A stretch of DNA of 64,000 nucleotides. It comes from Octopus vulgaris (lineage: Eukaryota). The notes under the pieces were generated by a model. The model saw only the letters and a program-made list of their open reading frames with translations. It had not been told where the DNA came from and ran no database searches. A program made the position numbers and the translations under genes. Positions within the stretch are counted from its first letter, which is position 1, and every line of letters starts with the position of its first letter. The stretch is from the NCBI GenBank assembly GCA_951406725.2, contig OX597816.1, positions 171,430,001 through 171,494,000 of the forward strand, written 5' to 3'. Below are positions 13,630 to 27,735 of this stretch, piece by piece.

Positions 13630-15023
13630 TATATAATTTCCTATCTTTGGCTAGAGATTGTCCCAACAGCAGATTGTCTAATCAGAACAGACAAACCATT
13701 CAACTATTCAACAATATGAACCTATAAACCATCTACCAATCATTCACTATCTTAAATAATAGATTGATTTTATGAAAGAACTACATTTGCTCCAGCTAAG
13801 CTTTAGTATCTAGTAAAATTTATAAAGTTTCACATAGTACCTAAACAATTATAAGTTGAACTTCATAAGTATAGTCTGTGACATGACTAACCTTAACCAC
13901 AAAGATAAAAAGAAATCTAACATCTGCTGGAGATAGAAAAAATATAAATAGTATAGCAAGGAGGAGGAGGATGTAAAGAAGATAGTGGAGAGACAAGAAA
14001 TGAAAACATATTTCTCGCTGTATTTATTTACAAAACACGCTAGAATCATACTATTTGCTATGCTCAGTTAATCATGTTGAGAGTACAAGTTATTTCCAAT
14101 GATTTGCAAAGCAGAACAATTGTCCCCTAGTATGAAGAAAAGAACGAAATTACAAGGAATATAAGCAAATGAGTCAAGTTGTGAGGGTGATAAAAATAGC
14201 CATAATGAACTTAGTGCAATATACAACAGGTGTTGATAGGATGCAGCCTGGATCTATACTGTAATGTGATAACACAGCTACATGTAACGAAAAAGAAAAG
14301 AGTCAAATCTGGTAAAGAAAGGATAACTATACAGGATCTGTGGAAAAAAGGAAAGTATTTGACAGTAAAACATCTTGAGAGAAACAGCCTGGGTTAAGAT
14401 GCAAGAAGGGATTAGACATAATCTCAGTTCTAGGTGGACAAAACAAACAATGGCTACAAACACAGGTACAGTTGGACCACTGATAACCAGATAGAACATA
14501 AGATAAACTTAGATGACAGCAAGGGTTATCATAAAGTGGTGTTAGATTAGTTCAGTCCCTTATATACTATGTTAAGTGTTTATGACTTAAATGAGTGGTT
14601 AAAGATTAATGGAAATGAAAAATACTAGGGAGCTGCTACCACTCTAAGCAACAAAGAGATCCTTGATGCAGTTGTTTGGCCTGCAGGAAAAAGCAGCCAT
14701 ACCTCCCTCAAATAGAATCCTATTATTTTTGAAAAAAGGCCAATGGACAATGCAGCCTCTAACATAAAAAAAGATAGGATGGTCATGATTGAAATGTCTT
14801 TAAACATAGGACTATAACATGAGGAATAGCTGTTTCAAAGAGTATATCTAAGAAGTATGAAGTTGAATGGCAATAAATTATATGATTGTTATGCAATATG
14901 TAAATAGTAAATATAGAATATCTACAGCAATTGAAGACGGGTTAGTCAAACAACCTGCATATCAAAAGCATTGGTAAATATATATCAATAAGATAGTAAT
15001 TTAATTAATCATTGTTAATAAAT

Positions 15024-15426
15024 AGGCGCAGGAGTGGCTGTGTGGTAAGTAGCTTGTTTACCAACAACATGGTTCCGGGTTCAGTCCCACTACGTGGCAC
15101 CTTGGGCAAGTGTCTTCTACTATAGCCTCAGGCCGACCAATGCCTTGTGAGTGGATTTGGTAGACGGAAACTGAAAGAAGCCTATCGTATATATGTATAT
15201 ATATATAAGCGTGTGTGTGTTTGTGTGTCTGTGTTTGTCCCCCTAGCATTGCTTGACAACCGATGCTGGTGTGTTTATGTCCCCGTTACTTAGCGGTTCG
15301 GCAAAAGAGACCGATAGAATAAGTACTGGGCTTACAAAAGAATAAGTCCTGGGGTCGAGTTGCTCAATTAAAGGCGGTGCTCCAGCATGGCCGCAGTCAA
15401 ATGACTGAAACAAGTAAAAGAGAGTA
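15024..15426 (+). mobile_element. SINE family A, full length
   Basis: Complete head, body and tail matching the other copies. Confidence 0.95.
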
Positions 15427-17840
15427 AATGTGAATTAATGAAGAAAGCTGAGCAAAATATTACCTTGACTTGGTGACAGGCAATACTCAAAACTGAGATA
15501 TATGAGAAACTTGAAGAAAAATTAGGTAGACAGGGCCTAGGAATACCAGGTTTCCTGAATGAGATAATGTAAGATTAACACACAGACTTATCCAAGCATG
15601 CTGACATAGAAAAACAGATGCTAAACAACAATAAAATTGCTAGGTGAACTTGGTAATTTAATTGTTCAGTTCACTTAGCAATAGAAGTGAACTTTATGTT
15701 TTTATCAGCTACCAGTAGCCACTTGTCATTTGTGTGAATATTAAAAGACTACTGGTGAATGATAGCCAGATAGAAATGGAAATTTTTTAAAAAAGAAATT
15801 AGGGATATGGATAATTTAAAATTATGCAATTTTACCACAAGCTAAAATAAGTCAACAGTTAGCTTCCGTTCCATAGCTACTTGAGTCCAATAGGCCAAAC
15901 TCTTTATAGAAAAGGCAATTAAATATAGACAAACATCTCCTCCAATTAATCACTTCCCCAGCAGAAAAGGATACTCTTCAGTTATATATTCAATTATATA
16001 TATATATATATATATATGTAAAGTAAAAAAAAAATCATACACATGGGTAATGTATTAACTTTTTATAAAATACTGCATTATTTCACTGTGAGGCAATTAA
16101 CTTCCGTGAAAGATATTCCCCATAAATGGTTCTATACACCATATTCTGACAAAGAACAGGCTATATCAGTGGAAGTTCGGTCCAACAACAAACATCTTCA
16201 GCATCCCACCCTTCATAGAAGAAGAACTTAACAAAACACTGCTATCACCACAGATGTTTTACTTATTCTTTATTCGTTTTCATTTTTGCTGGCTTTTTCC
16301 TTTTTTTAATTTTTCATTTAAATAAATTCTATTCATAGTGACCTACAGACTTAATAATGAAATCAAATGTATTTAGAGAAGTATAAAGTTGCTTATTATG
16401 AACAAATACTAAAACTCCTAACTCAGTATGTTAGTAATTATAATTACTAGTATTGTTTCTTTGATAGGCAAAAAGTTGGAGAAGCAAAGGAATGAATGAG
16501 AAGTAGTGACATTTATGGCTTTCTCAAAAGCATTAACATGTATGTGGAAGGGAAATAGAACAACACCACCTAAAGAAACACCTAAAATAGAAAACAGCTT
16601 TTAAGACTTACTGCCCAGAAACTTACCTCTGGAGCTTGTTGCTAATAATTCACCTTTCTAACTGAAATTGTAGAGGGTAGAAATCGTAGAGAACTATCTA
16701 ACAGCTATTTCAAGTTCAAATCCCATCAAAGTAAAAATAAATGCCAACAGCATACCATTATGTTTCATATACTAAAGTCACATATGTATTCAATTAATCC
16801 TAATTGGAGCTAAACACCTAAGACAGTGGCCTATCGAGTTAAAGAAGGGTATAGTTTTCAATGACATAAGAAAAAAATACTAAATACTTTTGACTAAACA
16901 CACAGTGATGTAGGAAGCCAGTGATAGTACATTGGCTAAGGTTTCAGGGAGGTGGAATAAGAACTACTACTACCTCCCTTGGCAACAAAAGATTTTCCTT
17001 GCAAAATGAGAAGCTAACTATGGTGATATGTAGAAATGTAATGCCATATAGCAATATAATGAGCAGTAGATGAAGAAGATATATAGTAAGAGGAGAATAA
17101 AGTTAGCTGGATGTGTGATATCTTACAAGAAATAGTTCAGTGTAAGTGAATTAAGGAACAAATGGAATAACAAAGGCATTAACAGATGTAGATAGGAAAA
17201 ACAACTGCTCTAGAATAAACATGTAATGTGAAAAATTGATGCATATTTGCTGGGAAAATACTACAGTTTGGTGTTAAGGATATATGCTATACACTGAAGA
17301 TGAAATAAATGAAACATAAGCATTGGGCCTTACAGTTATGATCACACAGTTTGAAATGCATAACACAATTATATCACAAACCAGCCAATTCCACAATATC
17401 AAAGGAAAATAGTAATATTGAGAATTTTTTATTATTGTTCACAACACTAGTCTCCAAAGGCTTGTGGTGGCCATAGGTACAGTCCCTGCCAACAGATTAA
17501 ACCCATAGAAAAGAAAGAAAAATACATGCAGAAATTAGCTGTTTACCTCCATGTCAACCATGATCAAACAGACTTCTGATCAAAACCAATCAAACTAGGA
17601 CTACTATGTCTTTATTTCGAGAATACTGTAACCTAAACTACGTTATCCAATGTGTCCTTTATCAAGACAGGGGAAGGAAAAATATAATTGTTTCATTTGA
17701 AAGCCAAATCATAAAAATATCCTAACAAGAAAATCTCTGGCAGCCATAAATCCACCCCTTACTAATACCTTTATATTCTAGTAGATCTACTTCTTTAATA
17801 ATATTATCATTCATTACTTTGCTCTCTCTCTCATATATAT

Positions 17841-18150
17841 CATCATCATCATCATCATCATTTAGCGTTTGCTTTCCATGCTAGCATGGGTTGGACGGTT
17901 CAACTGGGGTCTGGGAAGCCAGAAGGCTGCATCAGGCCCAGTCTGATCTGGCAGTGTTTCTACGGCTGGATGCCCTTCCTAACACCAACCACTCCGTGAG
18001 TGTAGTGGGTGCTTTTTACGTGTCACCCGCACAGGTGCCAGACGGAGCTGGCAAACGGCCACGGACGGATGGTGCTTTTTACGTGCCAACGGCACGGGGG
18101 CCAGGCGAGGCTGGCAATAGCCACGATCGGATGGTGCTTTTTACGTGCCA
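17841..18150 (-). mobile_element. RTE-tailed short retroelement (family B)
   Basis: (CAT)n on plus strand, CCATGCTAGCATGG palindrome, ~62-bp repeat units. Confidence 0.88.
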
Positions 18151-18355
18151 TCAATGAATTTCTTTAACTGAATGTAGAAGAGCCTACATATACCAATAAT
18201 ATATTCATCCAAAGCAGACAAGATAGAAATATCAAATGAATTACAAGGTACAGGTACTCAGGCTAAGTGTATGAAGAACAGACAGAATAAGTCAATTAAA
18301 CACAGCCACACCTGCTACATTAGTTATTTTCAGTAAAAAAAAAAAATAATAAAAT

Positions 18356-18740
18356 AGGCGCAGGAGTGGCTGTGTGGTAAGTAGCTTGCTAACCAACCAC
18401 ATGGTTCCAGGTTCAGTCCCACTGCGTGGCATCTTGGGCAAGTGTCTTCTGCTATGGCCCCGGGCCGACCAATGCCTTGTGAGTGGATTTGGTAGACGGA
18501 AACTGAAAGAAGCCTGTCGTATATATGTATAAGTGTATGTGTCTGTGTTTGTCCCCCCCTAGCATTGCTTGACAACCGATGCTGGTGTGTTTACGTCCCC
18601 GTCACTTAGCGGTTCGGCAAAAGAGACCGATAGAATAAGTACTGGGCTTACAAAAGAATAAGTCCCGGGGTCGATTTGCTCGACTAAAGGCGGTGCTCCA
18701 GCATGGCCGCAGTCAAATGACTGAAACAAGTAAAAGAGTA
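18356..18740 (+). mobile_element. SINE family A, full length
   Basis: Complete head, body and tail. Confidence 0.95.
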
Positions 18741-19408
18741 GGAAATGCTAGAGCCAATCAAATTCAAACTTCAAAATTATTTTCCATAATTATTCCTCAG
18801 AGTTATTATTACAGTTGTTCTCTAACTTATTAATCATTATTTACTGTTTGTATTACAATTTAGCCAAGGATAATGATACATCTATATCTCATCCCCTTAT
18901 ATCAATTCAAGATATTATATTACTTTCATAACAAACATCTCAAATAGAGAATGCCCTGGTTATAAAGGAAATCATTATAAGGAAACAAATACATTACTAA
19001 GAGTTATGGTTGGAATTTAAGTTTAATCACAAGTTCCAAATAACTGACTCTCCATATAATAAATACTTTCATAAACTGAGTTGTACAAATACTTGTTTTC
19101 AGTATTTCCATTCTTAAGAAGTTGAATAAAACTAGTCATTTCAGTTAGGACAATCTCTAACCCAGTGTCATATTTCAACAGGGAACACATGCAAACAACA
19201 TGACAGTGTTTTCTGGTACACTGAACAAGTGATGTGATGACAGGACAGTAGATAAAGAGAGGGGGTAAACATCATGTTGGATTCTGGAATCAAACGTATA
19301 CATAATTCATTTGCCAAAAAAACACTTATGACAGCAAGTAACAACAGCTAATATGCAAAGTAATATCGGGAGAAAAACGTTGAATGGCCATTCTAAAGCA
19401 TTAACCTT

Positions 19409-19808
19409 GTGGCTGTGTGGTAAGTAACTTGTTTCTTTACTACCCACAAGGGGCTAAACACAGAGAGGGCAAACAAGGACAGACAAAGGGATTAAGCCGA
19501 TTATATCGACCCCAGTGCGTAACTGGTACTTAATTTATCGACCCCGAAAGGATGAAAGGCAAAGTCGACCTCGGCGGAATTTGAACTCAGAACGTAACGG
19601 CAGACGAAATACCGCAAAGCATTTCGCCCGGCGTGCTAACGATTCTGCGAACTCGCCGCCTTCGTGTGGTAAGTAACTTGCTAACCAACCACATGGTTCC
19701 AGGTTCAATCCCACTGCGTGGCATCTTGGGCAAGTGTCTTCTACTATAGCCTCGGGCCGACCAAAGCCTTGTGAGTGGATTTGGTAGACAGAAACTGAAA
19801 GAAGCCCG

Positions 19809-19852
<44 letters not shown>

Positions 19853-20046
19853 TTGTGTGTGTCCCCCTAGCATTGCTTGACAACCAATGCTGGTGTTTAT
19901 GTCCCAGTCACTTAGCGGTTCGGCAAAAAGAGACCGATAGAATGAGTACTGGGCTTACAAAGAATAAGTCCCGGGGTCGAGCTGCTCGACTAAAGGCGGT
20001 GCTCCAGCATGGCCGCAGTCAAATGACTGAAACGAGTAAAAGAGTA
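19409..20046 (+). mobile_element. SINE family A interrupted by a Meta-domain SINE
   Basis: Head begins at 19409 and resumes at 19664 after the insertion. Confidence 0.9.
19432..19663 (-). mobile_element. Meta-domain SINE nested in SINE A
   Basis: Perfect 17-bp TSD GTGTGGTAAGTAACTTG at 19415-19431 and 19664-19680. Confidence 0.93.
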
Positions 20047-20559
20047 TTGTTTCTGATCATGGCACAGGGTTGGCAATTTTGAGGGGAAGGTTGGGCTGAT
20101 ACCATTAACCCCAGTGCCAGACAAGTACTTTGTGTTATTGATTCCAAAAGGATGAAAAGTAAATTTGAATTTGGAGGGATTTGATCTCAGAACATAGAGA
20201 ACTGGAGGAAATACTGAAATGCATTTTGCAATTTTTCTGGCACCTTAATGATTCTGAAAGCTCACCCATTCAAATAACAGAAATATAAGACTCAACATTT
20301 TCACATGCTATTCTTCCTAATAAAAGGTACAGGGAACTAAATACATCAATCTATTTTCCAATCAGAGAATATAATTTTTTTTTTATATTTTTAATTAGTC
20401 CTCTCTTCATTTTCCAATTGTCATATATGAAATGAGTGCTGCGTCTTCGTCAACATAGAGTGTGATAGACAAGAGGATAGTGAATAAGACTTAATAGGGG
20501 CAAAAACTCAACAGTATATTATAGATTCCAACCTCCATCACCACTGCAATGATCTTGGC

Positions 20560-21215
20560 TGGTTTACCACACTTGCATCAGTGGATAGGTCTTTGTCATC
20601 TCTTCTGTGACAGTCAGCCTCTTGAAAGATTTCACCTCTTACCCCACATCTTATTTGGTCTCCCTCTTTCATAGATTCTACCCACTTCCAGTGTTTGGTA
20701 CTTCTTTATACCAACGATGTCCATGAGAGGCACCACATGTCGAAACTAGCACAAATCTTTGCCCCTACACACTACGACTGATACCTCTTATATTCAGTTT
20801 TTCTCTCAGCATATTCATGCTCTGTCATTCATGCACACTAACATTAAGCATCCAGTAGAGCATGCTTGCTTCAATTTTTTTTCCAGTTATCACAAATTTG
20901 GATCCTAAACCCACATTGTTACCATGCATTACACTTTGTATTCAAGTAACATGCAATATGCCCTTCACTCTGAAAGGAAAGCCTTTTGTTGCCACCTGAA
21001 GTGGTAGCTCCTTGGTCTTTTTCACTCCATTCTTACCCTGGATACTATGATTTCAGTATACTCACCTCCACTGCTAAGGGCCACATACTGGTTGGCTGAG
21101 AAAGCCAACTTCTTATGTGGCAGATGCACAGGAGTGATTAGCAATAAGAATGCACATGACATATATTCCGTCAAATGCTTGGAAAGCTTGCTAAGACCAG
21201 TTGATAGTTTTTACA
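20560..21215 (-). mobile_element. Decayed RTE-clade LINE fragment
   Basis: Homologous to the RTE segment at ~59800-60440 (GCCCTTCACTYT, GCATGCTTGCTTCA, GATAGYTTT blocks). No intact ORF. Confidence 0.7.
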
Positions 21216-21937
21216 ACTTAATTTTCTGTCTTACACAAATATTAATTTCAAGACAAATACTAGTCTTGAAAAAACTTGACCAATATTACCACCACTACAT
21301 AATTTAACTAAAACAGATTGTTTTTAAAACATTAAATGGAAACTTCATCAGATTCTCCAAATCCTAAAAGGATGTCAGTATGTTTTAAATCTTGTTGACA
21401 TAAATTTGTTTAGAATTTTGCCGAACTTGACTGAAAATTTGACAATTTTCATCAATTCTACAGTAAATTAAGAAAAAAAAAAACCTGACATACTTTCTGC
21501 AACAACATAAACAAACAAAAGCTCTATTCCCTTTAGGTTTTATCAAATCTTTGCTTTATCTTTGCTAGTTTCCAGTCCAACCACTGGGTAACCCCTCTCT
21601 ATCTACCCACCACTTACCTCCTACTGACAACAGTAGCTTCCCTTCATAAAACTACCGCAGTCAGAATGCAAGTTAAATTCAGAATAATCACCACTACTAA
21701 GACACAGATATGTGACTCAGAATAATTTCTTTTTTATACTACAGTCTGAAGTAAATGCAAATCAGATCAGAGGTCAGTTTATTTAGTAAATAAACAACTT
21801 GATTTCATGTTCAGATATATAAATATATTCAGCAACACTATAGAAGCTAATACATTTGAGAACATACTATAACATACTATACAATTTGAGGATTTATTTC
21901 AGAAAAAGTATATATAATTATATATTTTTAGTATGTG

Positions 21938-22131
21938 ACCTCGCCTGTATCACTAGCGATTTATTTTCTCTCTGTCTTCCCTTCTTGGGATCTTTCCTTC
22001 TCCTATGTTTCCAACGAAGAGCTCCGCTCGAAACGTCAAACCCTCCTTCTTCCCTTCTTTCCTGAGCGTCCAATAATACTTTATTTGTTCCACGTCCTAG
22101 CGTTGTTGTCTTTTTGTTTTCTTGTTTGGAT

Positions 22132-22172
<41 letters not shown>
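21938..22172 (+). mobile_element. Penelope-like element pseudo-LTR fragment ending in (TA)n
   Basis: Pyrimidine-rich, CpG-retaining segment with a minimal hammerhead motif that runs into a (TA)n microsatellite, a typical PLE context. Confidence 0.65.
22007..22041 (+). ncRNA. Degenerate minimal type I hammerhead ribozyme
   Basis: GTTT-CCAACGA-A-GAGC(TCC)GCTC-GAAA-CG-TC-AAAC. Stem I GTTT/AAAC, stem II GAGC/GCTC, GAAA box, palindromic ACGT stem III. Core CUGANGA is mutated at U4 and G5. Confidence 0.65.
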
Positions 22173-22177
<5 letters not shown>

Positions 22178-22763
22178 CACTCAACAGCAAAACACATTCA
22201 ACACCTCAGAATGCATCAACACCATTATCAAATACAGTCACTCTACGAAATAGAGAAAACTGTATATATGGGTATGTGAGAGAGAGAGAGGGAGGGACGG
22301 ACGGACTGACAAACAGACAGACAGATTTTGAATTTATGTCCAGTGACACTAATGACAGTAGAGTTAACTGTAAAACCATCCAATTCATGTCTGAATGAAA
22401 TGTTTTGAAATCATGATGAAATGTTTAAAAATACAAAGCAAAAAGACAAAATAAAAATTAATAGAAATGCCATGGTTTCAAAGTAAAATAATTGTAATTT
22501 TTTTTTTTTTTTTTTTTTGCCTAAATCTATGGAAATATTCAAATAAAAAAAGTTTAAACCTAGATAAATTTCTTTCAAAATTACTGAGAAGTCACTGTAA
22601 AGCAGCAATGATAATCATATTTCTTTTATTGTGGCTTGCTTCAGCTAATCTAGAGTTTAGCAAAATATTACAAAAATAATTGTTCTGGGTAAGGAACCAT
22701 CTATTAAGTCAATATCTGTACATCACACACTTCTTTGTAAAATCTATAAACAATCTATAAACC

Positions 22764-23166
22764 AGGCGCAGGAGTGGCTGTGTGGTAAGTAGCTTGTTTA
22801 CCAACCACATGGTTCCGGGTTCAGTCCCACTGCATGGCACCTTGGGCAAGTGTCTTCTACTATAGCCTCGGGCCGACCAAAGCCTTGTGAGTGGATTTGG
22901 TAGATGGAAACTGAAAGAAGCCCGTTGTATATATGTATATATATATATATGCGTGTGTGGGTTTGTGTGAGTGTGTTTGTCCCCCTAGCATTGCTTGACA
23001 ACCGATGCTGGTGTGTTTATGTCCCCGTTACTTAGCGGTTCGGCAAAAGAGACCGATAGAATAAGTACTGGGCTTACAAAAGATTAAGTCCCGGGGTCGA
23101 GTTGCTCGATTAAAGGCGGTGCTCCAGCATGGCCGCAGTCAAATGACTGAAACAAGTAAAAGAGAG
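22764..23166 (+). mobile_element. SINE family A, full length
   Basis: Complete head, body and tail. Confidence 0.95.
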
Positions 23167-23399
23167 AACCAATGGGGACAAGGCATGTTTTTTTTTTAAT
23201 CTTAATACTCCAGAAACACAGGATGATTTTCTCTACAATTTGAACTTTGTTACTTATATTTACTTACTTTTGAAAAGTAAATAAACTCAAGCACAACTCA
23301 TACCAAGAAAATACACCTTAAACAGAAATGGCACTCAGCTCCAACACCCATGGTCAATCAAAATATCACTCATTTTCAACAAAGATCTCTCCTGGCAAA

Positions 23400-23960
23400 A
23401 ACACAGCCTTAAATAGATTGCACAGCATCCCAAAGACTGGCCCTTCTCTTCAGACCCACAACAACAGCTGACATTCAACAAAACTCAGATAAAACCCACA
23501 ATAGAGTACCGCTCCAACTTCTTGGACAGTGCTGCAGGAATACACATGGAAATTCTATTCTAAATTACATTCACGGTGGCACGTAAAAAGCACCCACTAC
23601 ACTCGCGGAGTGGTTGGCGTTAGGAAGAGCATCCAGCTGTAGAAACATTGCCAGATCAGACTGGAGTCTGGTGCAGCCCCTGGCTTCCCAGACCCCGGTC
23701 GAACCGTCCAACCGTGCTAGCGCGGAAAACGAATATTAAACGATGATGTTGATGATGATTCAGAGAAGGGTCGCTTGAATGAGTGGCATTAAATCATTCA
23801 CAAACATGCTTTGCTCACTCACTCACAAGAATATTGCCTCCTCCTTCTGCCTTTTCTATTACTACTACTAGAGCTCCTATTCCTTGGATCCACTTCTTGT
23901 CAGACTTACTGTATCCAAAACCCTCCAGGCTTCACACTAGCCACTATACCTACTCTTACC
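23400..23960 (+). mobile_element. Decayed CR1/L2-like LINE ORF2 C-terminal fragment, interrupted by family B
   Basis: Remnant reading KTQIKPTIEYRSNFLDSAA...IQRR resembles the conserved RP.LEY.S..W...IQRRA block of CR1/L2/jockey-group ORF2. Confidence 0.5.
23571..23758 (+). mobile_element. RTE-tailed short retroelement (family B), truncated
   Basis: GTGGCACGTAAAAAGCACCCACTACAC...TTAAACGATGATG. Confidence 0.85.
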
Positions 23961-24287
23961 TTCTCAGAACATCACCTTTCTGAAATTTCCTTTCTGCTCA
24001 TGTTTCCTGCAAATATTACTTGCTTAAGTTTAAACAGAACATAAATGGCATCAAGCTTACCAGTCTTGGAGGGTCTGCAAAGTTCATGGACACTGCCACT
24101 TTCTTCAGACTTGGCAAATATGAGTTTCACTACATACATTACATACATACATACATACAGTTTCACAAATAACCACTTCATTTAAGTTCATTTGTCAGTT
24201 AATACAGTGCCACAAGATTTAATATGTACTTTATAAAGATATCACATAATTTCTAGTAAACACACCAGAAAACTTTACAGTAATATT

Positions 24288-24502
24288 TATTACTTTACTA
24301 CCCACAAGGGGCTAAACACAGAGGGGACAAACAAGGACAGACAAGGGGATTAAGTCGATTATATCGACCCCAGTGCATAACTGGTACTTAATTTATCGAC
24401 CCCCGAGAGGATGAAAGGCAAAGTCGACCTCGGAACGTAACGACAGACGAAATACGGCTATGCATTTCGCCCGGCGTGCTAACGTTTCTGCCAGCTTGCC
24501 AT
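24288..24502 (-). mobile_element. Meta-domain SINE
   Basis: TSD TTTACAGTAATATT at 24274-24287 and 24503-24516. Confidence 0.9.
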
Positions 24503-25160
24503 TTTACAGTAATATTGTCTTAGTCCAGATCAACACTGATCAAACAAACTTATTGTAAAACACACCAAACTTGGCCGTCCTAAGTGTGATGAAGATTTGG
24601 CTGCTATTTCTAGCATGTCATAGATAATTATTACAACTAATGACTTGGGCTATCAGCATAGGCAGAAAACCAGCAGTCTTAACAGCTCACGATCTTTGGA
24701 CATCAGAGTCCTAGTAACTACTTTAAAATCTAATATTTAAATGCAGGTGCCTATCTCTGAACAATTTTATATTTAGTCACTAAGGTAATGTGATACACCT
24801 ATTGTGTTCACATTAAAATTAAATAATCAGCTGATGAATTAAATTACTCTTGCTAGCTACTCTGTATATTTAAGTAATCATTATTTTGACACAAATTAAA
24901 TCAAAAATTTCTTTTCTTGTTGAATTATTTATTTCAGTCTTTCTAATGAATTTAATTGAAAAATAATATACGATTTCCTTCAGATATTCCAAGTTCTAAT
25001 AGTACAAAAAGAATGGTATATTCATGACTAATAATTTGACTAAACCTATATTAATATATAAATGAACAAATCAGGAGTTTGAATAAATGAAAATTACAAA
25101 CAAATAGCATTCACATTACATTTGACTGAAGATCTTGAGACACAGTTACATATTATTTAT

Positions 25161-25326
25161 AGGAGTGGCTGTGTGGTAAGTAGCTTGCTAACCAACCACA
25201 TGGTTCCGGGTTCAGTCCCACTGCGTGGCATCTTGGGCAAGTGTCTTCTGCTATAGCCCCAGGTCGACCAATGCCTTGTGAGTGGATTTGGTAGACGGAA
25301 ACTGAAAGAAGCCTGTCGTATATATG

Positions 25327-25361
<35 letters not shown>

Positions 25362-25574
25362 ATCTGTGTTTGTCCCCCTAGCATTGCTTGACAACCGATG
25401 CTGGTGTGTTTACGTCCCCCGTCACTTAGCGGTTCGGCAAAAAGAGACCGATAGAATAAGTACTGGGCTTACAAAGAATAAGTCCCGGGGTCGATTTGCT
25501 CGACTAAAGGCGGTGCTCCAGCATGGCCGCAGTCAAATGACTGAAACAAGTAAAAGAGTAGAAGAGTAAAGAGA
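25161..25574 (+). mobile_element. SINE family A
   Basis: Near full-length match to the other copies. Confidence 0.95.
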
Positions 25575-26402
25575 GAATCACAAAAATGAGTTATTTTATT
25601 CAGTTAACACAATTCAACAGTAAAACCAAAACTTTCTACAAAGGTCTACTTAGAGATTAATTCTTCTTAATATTAACGAAATTTCAATACCATAAAAGAC
25701 ACGGATCTGCAAACATTAATAAGCAGGAAATAATAATCAGCTGGATTTACATCTTTCAAACGAACTTTCAATTTTGCCAATGAATCAATTTACTAATATG
25801 TAAATGAGAATTTCATTTCAATGAGAACTTCACTCAATTAGCCATTAGCTGCTCTGTAGATCAAGGTTGGAAACATACTATTAAACCTTTCCAGAAATGT
25901 TACACTGATTGTAACTAACGAGTCTAATTAATAAAAAAATAAAATAAACAAAGTGTAAAACAATTATATGAAAGTGCTGGCTAATAATCAGCAATACCAG
26001 CAGATGAAATAGTATAATAAGATTGCCATCACTCCAAGAAATCTATTGTCTGACCAGCACAGTGTCAAGTCTAATTGTTACTATAACATTCAACAAAGCA
26101 GAGCACCAACATTACTAATTCACTAGGAGCCAAAGAGTACTTAAAAGTCGGTAGATACTTTCAGGTTAATACTGAAGAACTTGAATGTTTTGTCAAATTA
26201 AATGCTCCCAAAACTGTATAACAGATGATTGGATCATCATCTGAGCTCATGAAAAATGAACCATCATCCTCATAATCTTTTTTAGCAGCTATTTTCTCAT
26301 GTTGACGTGCAGTACAACATTCCTACATGGATCTATGAGCATGGATTTTTGGTACCATATTTCTGCTAAAATAACACTGCCTTTTCTTCAGTTAATTCTT
26401 AA

Positions 26403-26624
26403 CCCTTTCATTACTGTATTTATTTTGAGATGCTCTGTGTTTCTTTCAATTAATTTAAAATATAACATAGAATTTTGTAAAATGAATTAGTTATCATTAA
26501 GCAAGTGTTAGGAACATAAATTGTGACTAAGGCTTGGTGGAATATCTTAATTCAAAACTTGTGAAAAGAAGACATTTATACTACAGAGCCAGAGCCGGTT
26601 TTGGCCGGGTTAGTAACAAAAGGG
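26403..26624. mobile_element. piggyBac-type MITE (second family)
   Basis: TTAA|CCCTTTCATTAC...GTAACAAAAGGG|TTAA. Confidence 0.8.
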
Positions 26625-26876
26625 TTAAACCAATGAAGAATTCAGAAGAACTGTCATATTTCAGTTTGTGTTTGGAACATAAATTAACATAAATTAACAG
26701 GAAATTTTGATGGAAGATTTTAATTATGATCGTTTTAAAACTTGAAGTTTTCATCACAGAACCAGAGGTGGTATCAGGCAGATCTCATCTTAAGAGGAGA
26801 CCAAGATATCTTTGAATTACATCTCAAGTACCTTGCAGTTAGTTAGCTTCTTTCACATGTTCATTCAATATGTAAT

Positions 26877-27261
26877 GGAGGCGCAATGGCCCAGTGGTTA
26901 GGGCAGTGGACTCGCGGTCATAGGATCGCGGTTTCGATTCCCAGACCGGGCGTTGTGAGTGTTTATTGAGCGAAAACACCTAAAAAAAGTTCCACGAGGC
27001 TCCGGCAGGGGGTGGTGGTGATCCCTGCTGTACTCTTTCACCACAACTTTCTCTCACTCTTACTTTCTGTTTCTGTTGTACCTGTATTTCAAAGGGCCGG
27101 CCTTGTCACTCTCTGTGTCACGCTGAATATCCCCGAGAACTACGTTAAGGGTACACGTGTCTGTGGAATGCTCAGCCACTTACACGTTAATTTCACGTGC
27201 AGGCTGTTCCGTTGATTCGGATCAACCGGAACCCTCATCGTCGTAACCGATGGAGTGCTTC
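26877..27261 (+). mobile_element. tRNA-derived SINE (family C variant)
   Basis: A box TGGCCCAGTGG, B-box-like GTTTCGATTCCC, TSD CAATATGTAAT (26866-26876, 27262-27272). 3' body is shared with 714-1042. Confidence 0.9.
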
Positions 27262-27477
27262 CAATATGTAATATCCAATTTACAGTTTACAAAACAATAT
27301 GACTTACTTTCTAAATATTAATTAGTAAAACTAACATACAATTTTCATGCCAAAAGTTATGAAAAGATCATTAAGATTAGAAAAAAAAATATTTATTCTA
27401 CATTGCATGCCCTTGATATAGGCAATTAAAAATTGGTTATAAAAGGAGTATGTCTGAGTCTCATGAAAACTTTTGAT

Positions 27478-27688
27478 TACTCTTTTACTCTTTTACTTGT
27501 TTCAGTCATTTGACTGCGGCCATGCTGGAGCACCACCTTTAGTCGAGCAAATCGACCCCGGGACTTATTCTTTGTAAGCCCAGTACTTATTCTATCGGTC
27601 TCTTTTGCCGAACCGCTAAGTGACGGGGACGTAAACACACCAGCATCGGTTGTCAAGCAATGCTAGGGGGACAAACACAGACACACAA

Positions 27689-27735
<47 letters not shown>

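Noticed and set aside
24061-24129. 69-nt candidate minus-strand exon (AG...G|GTAAGC)
   Set aside because: No polypyrimidine tract, and joining it to the phase-0 upstream exon gives an immediate TGA. A poison exon cannot be excluded without RNA-seq.
26161-26322. 53-codon open minus-strand frame after an AG (ECCTARQHEK...)
   Set aside because: Weak acceptor, no homology to PIX, and it ends in a stop; unsupported without transcript data.
26877-26952. tRNA gene
   Set aside because: A/B boxes are present but continue into a SINE body flanked by a TSD; no proper acceptor stem or poly-T terminator.
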